The notes: generated by a model not told the origin, from the letters alone. Numbered from the stretch's first letter, positions 19,726-31,146 are shown. The stretch: DNA of 64,000 nucleotides from an uncultured Acidobacteriaceae bacterium (GCA_963771495.1 CAVYTR010000002.1:751363-815362), one strand, 5' to 3'. Translations and numbers: made by a program.

Positions 19726-21372
19726 CTAGGAAACGCCGTTTTCAAGGAAGTTCCGCAGTCGGTGGCTACGGCTGGGATGCCTTAGCTTGCGTAAGGCTTT
19801 CGCCTCAATCTGCCGGATTCGCTCTCGTGTCACCGCGAAATTCTGGCCGACTTCTTCGAGCGTGTGCTCGCTTCCGTCCTGCAGCCCGAAGCGCATTTTT
19901 ACAATCTTTTCTTCCCGCGGGCTCAGAGTCTTTAGCACTTCCGCGGTCTGCTCACGCAAGTTGAGATTGATAACCGCTTCTGACGGCGAAACCATCCTGC
20001 TGTCTACCAGAAAATCGCCCAAGTTCGATTCTTCTTCTTCGCCGACGGGTGTTTGCAGCGAAATTGGCTCTTGAGCAATGCGCAGCACACGCCGAACCTT
20101 GCTAGCCGAAAGCTCGAGCCGCGCCGAGAGTTCCTCCGTAGTTGGTTCGCGCCCGAGTTCCTGCTGCATCAGCCGCTGCAGCCGCACTAGTTTGTTGATC
20201 GTCTCGATCATGTGCACAGGAATGCGAATCGTACGCGCCTGGTCCGCGATTGCCCGCGTCACCGCCTGCCGCACCCACCAGGTCGCATATGTCGAGAACT
20301 TATAGCCGCGTTTGTAGTCGAACTTATCGACAGCTCTCATCAGCCCGATGTTGCCCTCCTGGATCAGATCCAGAAATTGCATGCCGCGGTTTGTGTAGCG
20401 CTTAGCCACCGAGACCACCAGGCGCAGATTCGCCTCAATCAGGCGTTTCTTGGCGAATTCCGTCTCTACTTCGCCGCGCTCCACAATCTGCAGCGTTCGC
20501 CTTAAATCTGTGGCCGTAGTGCCGCAACGTTCTTCCAGCACCAGCAGTTGCGAAGAAAGCGCGCGAAGTTCTTTTCGAATGGCGACTGCGGAACCTGCGG
20601 TATCGGCCGGCTGCTCCAGCTTGCGTTGAAGCCTGGCGATCTCGTGCTCGAGCGGCCTTACCTGGTCCACAATCTTGCGCAGCGCCTTACTCAACGACCG
20701 CTGGAAACGCCCGGTGAATGGTAGCTCTCGAATCTGCCGCGAAATGCCGACCACCATGCGCGCATACTCGAACCGCAACTTCCGATAGTTCTTCGGTTTC
20801 ATTGTGCGCGACATTCCCAGCAGTTTTTGCTGAACCTGTTGGGCCTTCTTGTACGATTTCTCGACTTCTGAAATTAACCTGATGAACTGTTCACGAAGCG
20901 AATTTTCCCAACCCTCCTCTTCGCCTAGTGCGTGCGCATCGGGAGCCTGCAGGACGTCAACAATCGAAATATCGTCCAGCTCGACCTTGTGCTTTGTATC
21001 AAATAGCAGCTGAATAACCAGCCGCGAGCGCGAGAGGGCTTTCAAAACGGCTTTCTGGCCGCGCTCTATCCGCTTTGCGAGCTCAATTTCGCCTTCGCGT
21101 GTAAGCAGCGGGACCATGCCCATTTCCCGCAGATACACCCGCACCGAATCGTTGCTCTTGTCGAGGGCTCCAGCTGCGAGATCGAGTTCATTGAGGTCGT
21201 CGACCTCTCCGTCTTTCTTGTCGAACTCTTTTCCCTCGTCCAGCAGTTCGACGCCGCTCTCCAGGTCGGCAAACAGGTCGTTGAGATCTGTATCCGTCGC
21301 CAGATCGTCGCGCACGACTCCGCTCACCTCATCGTAAAGAGCGAAGCCTTTGTTATTGCCTTCTTGCATCAA
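19726..21372 (-). CDS. rpoD: RNA polymerase primary sigma factor (sigma-70)
   Basis: Acidic N-terminus. Region 2 ([60 protein letters not shown]). Region 4 ([28 protein letters not shown]). Confidence 0.95.
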   Translation of the reverse strand: MMQEGNNKGFALYDEVSGVVRDDLATDTDLNDLFADLESGVELLDEGKEFDKKDGEVDDLNELDLAAGALDKSNDSVRVYLREMGMVPLLTREGEIELAKRIERGQKAVLKALSRSRLVIQLLFDTKHKVELDDISIVDVLQAPDAHALGEEEGWENSLREQFIRLISEVEKSYKKAQQVQQKLLGMSRTMKPKNYRKLRFEYARMVVGISRQIRELPFTGRFQRSLSKALRKIVDQVRPLEHEIARLQRKLEQPADTAGSAVAIRKELRALSSQLLVLEERCGTTATDLRRTLQIVERGEVETEFAKKRLIEANLRLVVSVAKRYTNRGMQFLDLIQEGNIGLMRAVDKFDYKRGYKFSTYATWWVRQAVTRAIADQARTIRIPVHMIETINKLVRLQRLMQQELGREPTTEELSARLELSASKVRRVLRIAQEPISLQTPVGEEEESNLGDFLVDSRMVSPSEAVINLNLREQTAEVLKTLSPREEKIVKMRFGLQDGSEHTLEEVGQNFAVTRERIRQIEAKALRKLRHPSRSHRLRNFLENGVS

Positions 21373-21473
21373 CTGCCTTTGTCAATCTAGCGCGAACGAA
21401 GTACGATATTCCGTTCGAAAAAACTTCCTAGTGAAAGCCCCTGTGCTCTCGACTCCTCATAGTACAACACGTT

Positions 21474-23237
21474 TTACGGTCCGGGGCCCGGGCGTTTTAA
21501 GTTGTCCAATTCATTCATGAGCTGCAGAGCCGCTTCGAATTTTCCGGCCTGTTCCAACTCCCGAATTTGCTTCTTCAGGTCCTCCCGCCGCCTCTCCGTG
21601 GCCTTCGTTTCCAAAACTCTCAGACAATTAAGAGTGTGAGTCACGGCATTTTCCTCGCTGACATCTAGCTCTGCAAAGCTCACTTCTTGCAGGATTTTCT
21701 GCAATCGACCGTCCAAACGGCCTGAGATCGCCGCCACAGAAAAGACTACGCCCTCGTCATCTAGCGCCAGAAATGCCTCAAATACATTGCGAAGCTCCAG
21801 CAATCGAAGCGCATCCGTGTGCCGCAGATACTGCTTGATCGTTGACCGCGCTTCCTCGCTCAGCAGCAGGCAAGCGAGCAAAATCTTCTCATGCGAGGGA
21901 AGGGAAGAACTGAGCGCGTGGGGTTTCGCTGCAGCTTCCGATCGTTTCGCCGGTCGCAGGCTGTCTCGCACAACGTCCCGGTCCATGTTCAGATACTCTG
22001 CCAGCTCGCTGAGAATTGCCCCGCGCTCCACCTTGTCCGTCACCAGTTGCAGCACCGGAGCCATCGCCTTCAGTGCATCTGCCCGCCCTTCGGCGCTGTG
22101 CAGGTCAAATCGTTTTCGCATACGGTCTGCCAGCCAGTGAAAGTAAGACGTCGCGTTTTCGAGCAGCTTGCGGTATGCGTCCGCCCCCGCTTCCCGGATG
22201 TATTCGTCCGGATCAAGGCCACCCGGAATCTCCAGTACCTTCACCCGCAGCCCTTCGGCCAGCAGCGCTCCTATATATTTCTCGGTCGACTTCATGCCTG
22301 CCGAGTCGCCGTCGAAATTCAAGACAATTTGACCCGCTCCCGCATGCTGCTGCGCCACTTGCCTCTTAATGGAACGGACCTGTTCATTCCCGAGCGCCGT
22401 ACCGCTGCTCGCCACTACCTCGCGGACACCGGCCGAGTACACGCCGATCACGTCCATGTAGCCTTCTACCAGCACCATCCGATCGTTTTTTCGCGCATCA
22501 ATCTTGGCTCGATGCAGGTTATAAAGGACCGTCGATTTCTTGTACAGCTTCGTTTCCGGAGAATTCAGATACTTCGGTTCATCGCCCGGCCGCATCGCTC
22601 GCCCGCCAAACCCGATCACCTGTCCGCTCTCGGTATGGATCGGAAACAGCAAGCGCCCGCGGAACCGATCAAAATACCCGCTTCCCTCCTGCCGCTTCAC
22701 CACCAGTCCCGATTCCTCCAGCAAAGCCGTTCCGAACTTCTGCAGCCGCTGTGCCAATTGTTGACCCGACGAGTCCGATAGCCCGAGCCGAAACTCATCC
22801 GCCGCCCCTCGCGATACCCCACGCGATTCCAGATACTCGCGTGCTTTTGCCCCTCCAGAACCTCGCAGATTCTGCTGAAACAGCTCGGCAGCAATTTCGT
22901 GCATCTCAAACAGCGCCGCCCGCCGCTGTGCTTCGGGATCGTCGGTACGCTGCCGCTCGGGCATGGGAATCCCGTAACGGTCTGCCAAAAATTTCAATGT
23001 TTCCGGAAAGGTCAGGTTTTCGCGTTCCATGATGAACTGAAACACATCTCCGCTTACATCACACGCAAAGCACTTGTAGATCTGGAGCCCGCTATGAACG
23101 TTAAACGATGGAGTCTTGTCCGAGTGGAACGGGCACAGCCCCACGTAACGGGGCCCCGCGCCTTGCCTCTTTAACCGAACGTACTGGCCAACAACATCAA
23201 CAATGTTGAGCTGGCCTTTGAGCTGCTCTGAAAACAT
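21474..23237 (-). CDS. dnaG: DNA primase
   Basis: Zinc-finger motif CPFHSDKTPSFNVH...YKCFAC and a TOPRIM region (VLVEGYMDVI). The ORF opens at 23315, but MFSEQLKGQLNIVDVVGQYVRLK (ATG at 23237) matches the usual DnaG N-terminus. Confidence 0.9.
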   Translation of the reverse strand: MFSEQLKGQLNIVDVVGQYVRLKRQGAGPRYVGLCPFHSDKTPSFNVHSGLQIYKCFACDVSGDVFQFIMERENLTFPETLKFLADRYGIPMPERQRTDDPEAQRRAALFEMHEIAAELFQQNLRGSGGAKAREYLESRGVSRGAADEFRLGLSDSSGQQLAQRLQKFGTALLEESGLVVKRQEGSGYFDRFRGRLLFPIHTESGQVIGFGGRAMRPGDEPKYLNSPETKLYKKSTVLYNLHRAKIDARKNDRMVLVEGYMDVIGVYSAGVREVVASSGTALGNEQVRSIKRQVAQQHAGAGQIVLNFDGDSAGMKSTEKYIGALLAEGLRVKVLEIPGGLDPDEYIREAGADAYRKLLENATSYFHWLADRMRKRFDLHSAEGRADALKAMAPVLQLVTDKVERGAILSELAEYLNMDRDVVRDSLRPAKRSEAAAKPHALSSSLPSHEKILLACLLLSEEARSTIKQYLRHTDALRLLELRNVFEAFLALDDEGVVFSVAAISGRLDGRLQKILQEVSFAELDVSEENAVTHTLNCLRVLETKATERRREDLKKQIRELEQAGKFEAALQLMNELDNLKRPGPGP

Positions 23238-23329
23238 AGTGGAAGACCGACGCGCAACTCGGGGGAGTTCTTTCAGATTATCAGCGCCATCCGATCCCTG
23301 CTCCTCGATTGCCATAATGACCGCATGCT

Positions 23330-25936
23330 ATGGCTCTGAAGGAATACGAACGCAAACGGCACTTCGACAAAACACCCGAACCCAAGCCTTCTGAGCCGAA
23401 AGACAAAGGCACCGGGCGCGGCGGATTCTTTTGCGTACAGCGCCACGATGCTACCCGCCTCCACTACGATTTCCGCTTGGAAGTGAACGGTGTGCTCGTC
23501 AGTTGGGCCGTTCCCAAAGGGCCCAGTCTCGATCCCGCCCGCAAAGCTCTCGCCATGAAAGTCGAAGACCACCCGCTCGATTACGGAACATTCGAAGGCA
23601 ACATCCCGGCCGGTAACTACGGCGGCGGTAGCGTCATGCTGTGGGATAAGGGCACCTACGAAGTCCTCGGTGACGCCTCTGCTCAGCAGCAGCTCGATCG
23701 CGGCGATTTCAAGTTCGAATTACACGGCCTGAAGCTGAAAGGCTCCTTCGCCATCGTTCATATGAAGCACGCCGGCAAGGGCAACGAATGGCTGCTGATT
23801 AAGAAGAAAGACGAACACGTTGTTCCCGGGTACGACATCGACCAGTTTGCCTGGAGTGTCGCGACCCATCGCAGCCAGGATGAGATCGCCGCCAACGAGA
23901 CTTCTGTGGTTGCGGCAGACCTGCCCGGTGCCCGTAAAGCCGCTCTGCTGTCCCTACCCGAGCCCATGCTCGCCACCGCAGTGACCCGGCCGCCCGCTGG
24001 TTCGCACTGGACCTACGAGATAAAGTGGGACGGCATTCGCGCTCTCTGCCGCATCAAGGACGGAAAGCTCGAAATCCATTCGCGGCGTGGCAACCGGTGC
24101 GATCAGCAATATCCGGAGCTTGCCTCCTTACCCGATCACGTAAGCGCCAAAACCGCCTGGCTTGACGGCGAGATCTGTGTGCTCGACGAAAACGGCCGCG
24201 CCCGTTTCGAGATGATCCAGCCGCGAATTGGCGCAAACCTCGCCTCCGTTCCCCGTCTGGTTGAGACCACACCCGTTACGCTCTTCCTCTTTGATGTCTT
24301 GTACGCCGACGGATATGATCTTCGCGGCGTTTCGCTCGAAGAACGCAAGCGTCTGCTCGAAAGCCTGGTCACTCCCGACGAGCATATCCGCGTCTCGGAA
24401 ATGTTCCATACCGATGGCGAGCAGATGTTTGAGGCCGCCCGGCAGATGGGCCTCGAAGGCATCCTCGCCAAAGATCCCGCGAGCAAATACGAATCAGGCC
24501 GCTCCACCCGTTGGCAGAAGTTGAAAGTACTCAATGAGCAGGAGTTCGTTATCGCCGGCTTTACGAAAGGCGAACGCGATTATTTCGGCTCACTCGTGCT
24601 GGGCGTTTACGACAACGGCGATCTGCGCCATTGCGGTCAGGTCGGCACCGGCTTCGACGCCAAAAAAATGAAGGCCATCTACGAACGGATGGAGCCGCTG
24701 ATCATCAAGAGCAGTCCCTTCAAAACCAAGCCCAACATCAGAACCGGCCTTCGGAACGTTACGTGGATCAAGCCCGAGCTCGTCTGCCAGATCCGCTTTC
24801 TGGAGTGGACCGCCGAGGGCATTCTACGCGCCCCCGTATTTGTCGCTCTTCGCCAGGATAAGCCCGCCTCCGAGGTCGTCCGTGAACCAGCACAGGAGCC
24901 CGTTTCCGCCGGGCCGCCGCCTGCTGATGCCGAACCACAGCCGGCACCGGAGGAGGAACCCGCAGGTATCAATCTAAGCGGGAAGGAGGCGACCGTCGCC
25001 GTCGACGGTCATTCCCTCAAGTTCACGAATCTGCAGAAAGTCTTCTTTCCAAAAGATGGCTGGACCAAGCGCGACCTTCTCGCCTTTTACGACGCTGTCG
25101 CACCATACCTCGTGCCCCATCTGGCAGGTCGCCCATTATCCCTGAAGCGTTACCCCAACGGCATCGCTTCCGAATTCTTTTTCCAGAAGAACGCCAGCAG
25201 CCATTTTCCGGATTGGATGCATTGCGAGCCCATCGAAGAAGGCCATCCTCGTAAAATCAATCACTATCCGGTTGCCAACGATCGCGCCAGCCTTCTTTAT
25301 CTTGTGAACCTCGGCTGCATCGATCAAAACCCCTGGATGAGCCGCATCGGCTCGCTCGAACACCCGGATTGGATGCTGCTCGATATCGACCCGGTCGAAA
25401 CTACCTACGACCAGATCGTAGAAGCGGCGCTTCTGATTCGCACATTACTGGACGAACTCGGTCTGAAAGGTTATCCCAAAACCACGGGCGGCGATGGGAT
25501 GCATATTTACGTCCCGCTCGAGCCCGTCTACAGCTACGACCAGGTTCGCGGTCTGGCGGAACTTCTGGCCCAGATGTCCGTTGATCGCGAGCCCAACCTC
25601 TTTACTACGCCTCGCAGCGTCGAAAAGCGAAAAAAGGGTCGCGTCTATTTCGATTATTTACAGATCGGCACCGGCAAAACCATTTCCGCTCCTTACGTTG
25701 TTCGCGCTTACGACGGAGCGCCCGTCGCAACTCCTCTCGAGTGGAAAGAGGTCAAGCACGGACTCCGCCCCCATGATTTTCTGATGAACAACACCGTCGA
25801 CCGATTCCGCCGCCTGGGCGATCTGTTCGCGCCCGTGCTCGCAGGCGGCCAGCGCATTGAAGACGCACTGGCTCGCCTTCAATCCGGCGACGAGGAAGTC
25901 AAGCCCGCTAAGAAGCGTATGCCGAAGAAACGGTAG
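23330..25936 (+). CDS. ligD: Multidomain DNA ligase D (3'-phosphoesterase - ATP-dependent ligase - polymerase/primase)
   Basis: N-terminal YERKRHFDKTPEP...RLHYDFRLE (PE domain). Central ligase domain (YEIKWDGIR adenylation lysine motif). C-terminal LigD polymerase domain (...GDGMHIYVPL...). Confidence 0.9.
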   Translation: MALKEYERKRHFDKTPEPKPSEPKDKGTGRGGFFCVQRHDATRLHYDFRLEVNGVLVSWAVPKGPSLDPARKALAMKVEDHPLDYGTFEGNIPAGNYGGGSVMLWDKGTYEVLGDASAQQQLDRGDFKFELHGLKLKGSFAIVHMKHAGKGNEWLLIKKKDEHVVPGYDIDQFAWSVATHRSQDEIAANETSVVAADLPGARKAALLSLPEPMLATAVTRPPAGSHWTYEIKWDGIRALCRIKDGKLEIHSRRGNRCDQQYPELASLPDHVSAKTAWLDGEICVLDENGRARFEMIQPRIGANLASVPRLVETTPVTLFLFDVLYADGYDLRGVSLEERKRLLESLVTPDEHIRVSEMFHTDGEQMFEAARQMGLEGILAKDPASKYESGRSTRWQKLKVLNEQEFVIAGFTKGERDYFGSLVLGVYDNGDLRHCGQVGTGFDAKKMKAIYERMEPLIIKSSPFKTKPNIRTGLRNVTWIKPELVCQIRFLEWTAEGILRAPVFVALRQDKPASEVVREPAQEPVSAGPPPADAEPQPAPEEEPAGINLSGKEATVAVDGHSLKFTNLQKVFFPKDGWTKRDLLAFYDAVAPYLVPHLAGRPLSLKRYPNGIASEFFFQKNASSHFPDWMHCEPIEEGHPRKINHYPVANDRASLLYLVNLGCIDQNPWMSRIGSLEHPDWMLLDIDPVETTYDQIVEAALLIRTLLDELGLKGYPKTTGGDGMHIYVPLEPVYSYDQVRGLAELLAQMSVDREPNLFTTPRSVEKRKKGRVYFDYLQIGTGKTISAPYVVRAYDGAPVATPLEWKEVKHGLRPHDFLMNNTVDRFRRLGDLFAPVLAGGQRIEDALARLQSGDEEVKPAKKRMPKKR

Positions 25937-26717
25937 CCGTCAGGCAGCACCATCCGTCGCGTACGTACATCTCACTCGCTCCGAGTTCGTTTCGCAAAAC
26001 AGCCGCTTCCGATTCAGGGAACCCCGTCACGATCAGCCTGCCACCGGCTTTGGTGATTCTGCGCAGGTCGTCAAAAATCGCCAGCAGCACTGTTCCGCTA
26101 ATGTTCGCAACCGTCACATCCGCCCACCCGCTCGCGATGCAGCCGGCCGTTCCGTTTATCAATGAGGCAGCCAATCCATTCAGTTGAAAATTCTCTCGTG
26201 CGGCAGTGAGCGCCGCAAAATCCGGATCGATGCCAATGGCTGCGCCTGCACCCAGCCGGAGCGCCGCAATCGCCAGTAAGCCGGATCCTGTCCCGATATC
26301 CGCAACGCCTGCACCCTCAGTGACGTCGCGTCCTAACGCTTCGAGCGCCAGCTGTGTGCATGGATGCTCGCCTGTTCCGCACGCTAAACCAGGATTGTGA
26401 ACTATCCGCAGCCGTCCCGCCGGAATCGCTTCATCAAACCAGGGGGGCGCGAGAAAGATTCGCTCACCCACCACACGCCCGGGCCAAGCCTCCTGCGTGT
26501 GCCGGACCCAGTCGGTCGATTCAGCTTGCCACTCCGGCGAATAAGCGCTGAATCTTTCTAGCAGTCGTTCGCGCGCATCATTTGCCTCAAAGCCCGCGAT
26601 CAGAGTGACAGAGTCGCCGTTTTCCACTTCGCCGATCGCAACCGTCCCCACATCCCACAATTCAGCCGAAACGGATTCGCACTCCCCGATCGGACACGTC
26701 ACCCGCAACGAATACAT
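25908..26717 (-). CDS. prmA: Ribosomal protein L11 methyltransferase
   Basis: ...IVHNPGLACGTGEHPCTQL...VADIGTGSGLLAIAA..., the PrmA-type SAM-binding core. Its 3' end overlaps the ligD 3' end by 29 nt. Confidence 0.8.
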   Translation of the reverse strand: MYSLRVTCPIGECESVSAELWDVGTVAIGEVENGDSVTLIAGFEANDARERLLERFSAYSPEWQAESTDWVRHTQEAWPGRVVGERIFLAPPWFDEAIPAGRLRIVHNPGLACGTGEHPCTQLALEALGRDVTEGAGVADIGTGSGLLAIAALRLGAGAAIGIDPDFAALTAARENFQLNGLAASLINGTAGCIASGWADVTVANISGTVLLAIFDDLRRITKAGGRLIVTGFPESEAAVLRNELGASEMYVRDGWCCLTATVSSAYAS

Positions 26718-26790
26718 CTAGCTCACTCAAATCGGGGAAAGGCTACGCTTCCACCATATTGGGTAAGTTCACCGCGCTCCACATCTCCTC

Positions 26791-28713
26791 CTACCTCGGA
26801 GTAGTCGCGAGCGACATCTGCGAAGCGCTCAACTCCCCTGCGGCGCCGCTGTCCACATTCCAGCGCCGCATCCATAGATGCAAAGTCAGCAAGCCCCAAA
26901 GGTGATACCCGAGATTTTCCTTCCGCGACATATGTCTCTGAACAATCGCGCTCACCGCATCAGGCGCAAACAGTCCCGCCTGCCGCACGCGTTCCGGCGC
27001 GAGTGTATCTTCCACCAGCGGCCGCAGTGGACCCCGCAGCCAGTCGTGCGCCGGAATATCCAGCCCCTCTTTCCTACGTTGCAAGATCGAAGCGGGGAGT
27101 TTGCTGCGCACCAGTTCCCGAAGCAGATACTTGGTCTGTTTTCCTTTGATCTTCAGCCGCTCGGGCAGCCGCCCCGCAAACTCCACAATGCGATGGTCCA
27201 GAAACGGCGGTCTCACCTCGAGTGAATGCGCCATGCTCATGCGATCGCACTTATACAGGATGTCGTCCGGCAAATAATAATGCTGATCGACAAACAAATA
27301 GCGATTGACAATTTCAGATTCAGCAGGCAATCGGCCCAAAGCGCCCGTGAGCGTCGCCAATCCTTGCGCTGAGCCGCGAAACCCGAGCGCACCCTGTTCC
27401 TGCTCGCTAAAAGTGCCGTTCCAATAAAAATGTGCGTCGTCACCAGGCAGCAGCGCCCCGCGCAGGAACCGCTTCAACTTATACTCGATCCCGATCTTCT
27501 CATCTGAAACGGGAAGCCTGTTCGCCAGCCCCAGCGCCGTCCTGAGAAGCCGTCGAGGCACTTTGCGCGCCACCCCCGCATACCGGTCGGCGAGGTAGGT
27601 TTGATACCCGCCGAAAATCTCATCTGCACCTTCGCCGCTCAGCGCCACCGTCACATGCTGCGCGGTCATGCGCGACAAAAACCAAACCGGTAACGCACCC
27701 GCATCTGCGCTCGGCTCGTCCGAGTAGTACGCCATCTCATGAATAGCGTCCGTAAGATCTAGATCCCGGCTTAGGTCAAACTCGTGATGCGTCGTGTTGT
27801 AGCGCGCCGCCATCAACCGGAAATATTCGCTTTCGTCGAAACTGCGCCCAGCAAAAGAAATCGAAAACGTTTCTAACTTGCGCGAAGAAACCTCCGCCGC
27901 ATAATGCAGAATCGTCGAGGAATCCAGACCGCCGCTCGCCCAGATGCCGACCGGCACATCCGCTACCAGGTGCTCAGCAATCGAGTTTCTCAGCAGTTCG
28001 TCCAATTCCGCACAAGCCTGCTCGGGGCTTTGTTCTTGCGGCTCAAATCGATTCGTCCAATAACGCTCCCGGCGGATTTTGCCTTGCCGGAATTCGAGCC
28101 ACTCGCCCGGCCAGATCTTTTCGATTCCATCAGCCAGCGTGTACGGCGTCGGCACATAGTTCAAACGCAGAAAATATCCGAGCCCTGCCTCGGAAATGCG
28201 CCGTGGAACCTCCGGATGTTCAAAAATTGCCTTTACTTCCGAGCCGAAATGCAGATTGCCTTCACGCACGAAGTAATACAGCGGCTTGATTCCGACCCGG
28301 TCGCGTACCAGCACCAGCCTCCGCGTCGCAGGCTGCCAGTAAGCGGCAGCAAACATTCCGCGAAAGCGCCGGAAGCAGTCAGTGTCCCATTGCGCAAACG
28401 CCCGCAGCGCCACCTCGGTATCGCAATGCGATTCAAACCTGTGCCCGAGTGACTCCAGTTCACGCCGCAACTCCGCATGGTTGTAAATTTCGCCGTTGAA
28501 GACAATGGCTGTCCGTCCATCTTCCGTCTTCATCGGCTGGTCGCCGCCTTCGAGGTCAATGATCTTTAGCCGGACAGCGCCCATCGAGATGTCGCTCGAC
28601 TCGAAAACACCCTTCTGATTTGGGCCGCGATGGCGAATGCCGTCCAGAGCCCTACGCAAGACGTTGTTTACTGGGGGACGGCCGTAGTGCGTGAACCCGG
28701 CTATTCCGCACAC
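26791..28713 (-). CDS. asnB: Asparagine synthase (glutamine-hydrolysing)
   Basis: MCGIAGF Ntn-amidotransferase start and the SGGLDSS PP-loop motif. 640 aa. Confidence 0.9.
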   Translation of the reverse strand: MCGIAGFTHYGRPPVNNVLRRALDGIRHRGPNQKGVFESSDISMGAVRLKIIDLEGGDQPMKTEDGRTAIVFNGEIYNHAELRRELESLGHRFESHCDTEVALRAFAQWDTDCFRRFRGMFAAAYWQPATRRLVLVRDRVGIKPLYYFVREGNLHFGSEVKAIFEHPEVPRRISEAGLGYFLRLNYVPTPYTLADGIEKIWPGEWLEFRQGKIRRERYWTNRFEPQEQSPEQACAELDELLRNSIAEHLVADVPVGIWASGGLDSSTILHYAAEVSSRKLETFSISFAGRSFDESEYFRLMAARYNTTHHEFDLSRDLDLTDAIHEMAYYSDEPSADAGALPVWFLSRMTAQHVTVALSGEGADEIFGGYQTYLADRYAGVARKVPRRLLRTALGLANRLPVSDEKIGIEYKLKRFLRGALLPGDDAHFYWNGTFSEQEQGALGFRGSAQGLATLTGALGRLPAESEIVNRYLFVDQHYYLPDDILYKCDRMSMAHSLEVRPPFLDHRIVEFAGRLPERLKIKGKQTKYLLRELVRSKLPASILQRRKEGLDIPAHDWLRGPLRPLVEDTLAPERVRQAGLFAPDAVSAIVQRHMSRKENLGYHLWGLLTLHLWMRRWNVDSGAAGELSASQMSLATTPR

Positions 28714-28761
28714 GGTTCAGAAACTCCACAAATTCGTAAGAAGTCGGGCAAAATAAGTAAG

Positions 28762-31129
28762 TTGCAGCTTCCCATAGATACATTACTGCCCGAGATTGTT
28801 CGATCTATCGAGCGTAACATGATCACGCTGCTCGAAGCCGCGCCCGGGTCAGGGAAAACGACGAGAGTTCCCCCCGCGCTTCTGCATGCCGGTTTCTCTA
28901 CCGTCCTTGTACTTGAGCCGCGCCGTCTGGCAGCGCGTCTCGCTGCCCATCGCGTCGCCGAAGAACTTGGCCAGCGTCCGGGAGGCGCCGTCGGCTTCCA
29001 AATCCGTTTCGAACGCGTAGGCAGCGATGCAACAAAACTCTGGTACCTTACGGAGGGGGTGCTTACCCGGCGCCTCCTCTCGGGTCGGCCCTTGCCGCAA
29101 CGCACGGCCATTGTCCTCGACGAGTTTCATGAACGGCATCTTGAAACAGATCTCGCATTAGCCCTCCTTCGCCGCATCCAGGAATCCCGGCCCGACTTGC
29201 GGCTTCTCCTCATGTCCGCCACGCTCAGCAGCGAAGCTCTTCGGCAGAAGTTGGGCCAGGTTCCCGTCATCCGTAGTGAAGGCCGCGCTCATCCCGTTGG
29301 CCTTCGTTACAGCGCTTCCTCGTCCGCACCGCTCGAAGATCAAGTCGCATCCGCAGTCGAACTGGCGCTGCAGCAAACTACGGGTCACGTTCTTGTGTTC
29401 CTGCCCGGCGCGGCTGAAATTCGCAATGCGCTTCGAACCTGCGAGCCTCTCGCACGTCAGGCATTCGCTAAGGTCCTGCCCTTGCACGGAAGTCTCAGCG
29501 CTGAGGAGCAGGACGCCGCTATCGCGCCCAGTGAGTTCCGCAAAATCATTTGTTCCACCAACGTCGCGGAGAGTTCAATTACCATTGACGGCGTCGAAGC
29601 AGTCGTCGATTCCGGGCTCGCCCGCATGGTGAACCATTCTCATTGGAGCGGGATCTCACGGCTGGAACTTTCGAAAATCAGCCAATCATCGGCCATTCAA
29701 CGCGCCGGAAGAGCCGGCCGTACCCGCCCTGGAATCGCAATACGCCTGTTTCTTGAGAGCGACTTTTACCGTCGGCCCGACGAAGCTCCGCCTGAGATTC
29801 TTCGGGTCGACCCGTCCGAAATGCTACTTCAACTCGCCGCCTCAGGCTGGAAATTCGACGAGTTGCCTTGGTTGGATCAGCCTTCCGAGCCGTCCGTCAC
29901 CGCTGCCAAACTGGTTCTGTATCGCCTGGGAGCCTTCACCGCAACAGGCGAAATCTCTGAACGCGGACGACACATGGCAGGGCTGGCAGTTCATCCGCGA
30001 CTCGCGTGCTTAGCGCTAACTGGGCAAAATGAGGAAGCCCTCCGAATCGCCGCGCTCCTCTCGGAATGGCCGCGCGCGCCTCATCTCCGAAGGGCGTGCA
30101 AGCTTTAGCTCCGATCTCGATGCACTTCTTGCCGCTGATCTGCCGTATAGCGGCCGCCAGGTGAAAGCGCAATTGGGGAAAGCTTTGCCGCAGACTCGCG
30201 CTCGCTCGGATGATCCTCACGCGCTCGAAAAAGCGTTCCTCGCCGCCTTCCCCGATCGCGTGGCTCGCAAGCGTGGTGAAGTCCTGCTGCTCTCAAACGG
30301 TGGTTCGGCGCGCCTCGATCGGCAGAGCCTCACGCACTCCGAATTCATGGTCGCTGTCGAGATCGAGGACCGCAGCTCGCAAAGTGCTCCGCTTGTTCGC
30401 ATCGCTATCCCAATCGAACCGGATTGGCTGCTCGATCTCCTCCCGAACCACATCGAAGCTCGTGAGGAACTGCGGTGGAACCGTGAAGCGGAACGCGTCG
30501 AAAGCGTGAACTCTCTGTTGTACGACAGCCTTGTTATCGACGACTCCCGCAATGTGCCTCCTGCTTCCGCCGAGGTAACAATGCTGCTGGTCTCCCGCGC
30601 CATGGAGGCAGGAATCGAGCGGTTCACGGATGCGGAAGAACTCGGGCGTTTCCTTCGGCGCATCCAGTTCGCTGCTGAGCATATGCCGGGTCTTAACCTG
30701 CCAGAAAATCTGGTGGAAGCGGCCCTTCGGCGTCTCGCCGGTGGCTTGACGAGCTTTACCGAACTCCGCGAAGCTGCCAGGAATGGCGGCCTGGTTACTA
30801 CTCTCGAATCCATGCTCGACATGCGCGCTGTCGACGCCATAGCTCCGGCGTTCATCAAACTCCCGAGTGGTCGGCGTGCGCGTATCGAGTATCACGATGA
30901 CCAATCTCCCTCCGTCTCTTCGCGTCTTCAAGACTTCTTCGGTATGAAGGAAACTCCAACGGTGGCCGGCGGAGCCGTCCCGCTCACGGTAAAACTCCTC
31001 GCTCCCAATCAGAGACCCGTACAGGTCACCACCGATCTCCTCAGCTTTTGGACGAATCTATACCCGCAGCTTCGCCGTGAGTTGGGCCGCCGATACCCGA
31101 AACATGCTTGGCCTGAACGTCCTCTCTGA
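28762..31129 (+). pseudogene. hrpB: ATP-dependent RNA helicase HrpB, split by a frameshift (or assembly indel) near 30060-30095
   Basis: Two ORFs: 28630..30108 (LEAAPGSGKTTRVP, LDEFHERH, SATL, TNVAESSITIDG, QRAGRAGR) and 30029..31129 (C-terminal HrpB domain ending RRYPKHAWPERPL). The start is uncertain. TTG at 28762 avoids overlap with asnB; ATG at 28630 is the alternative. Confidence 0.8.
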
Positions 31130-31146
31130 TTTCATCCGCGGCAACC
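31106..31146. repeat. 41-bp direct repeat, copy A (left boundary of inserted segment)
   Basis: gcttggcctgaacgtcctctctgatttcatccgcggcaacc. 37/41 identical to 33538-33578 by hand alignment. Confidence 0.85.

Noticed and set aside
21386-21416. A hairpin (CGAACG...CGTTCG) with an adjacent A/T run in the dnaG-rpoD intergenic region, considered as a terminator.
   Set aside because: On the transcribed (minus) strand the T-run precedes the stem rather than following it. The loop is 13 nt and the stem only 6 bp.
28630-28761. The ATG at 28630 as the hrpB start.
   Set aside because: It would overlap the divergent asnB coding region by 84 nt. It would also add about 45 non-conserved residues ahead of the usual LPI...LP N-terminus. 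TTG at 28762 is preferred, with low certainty.
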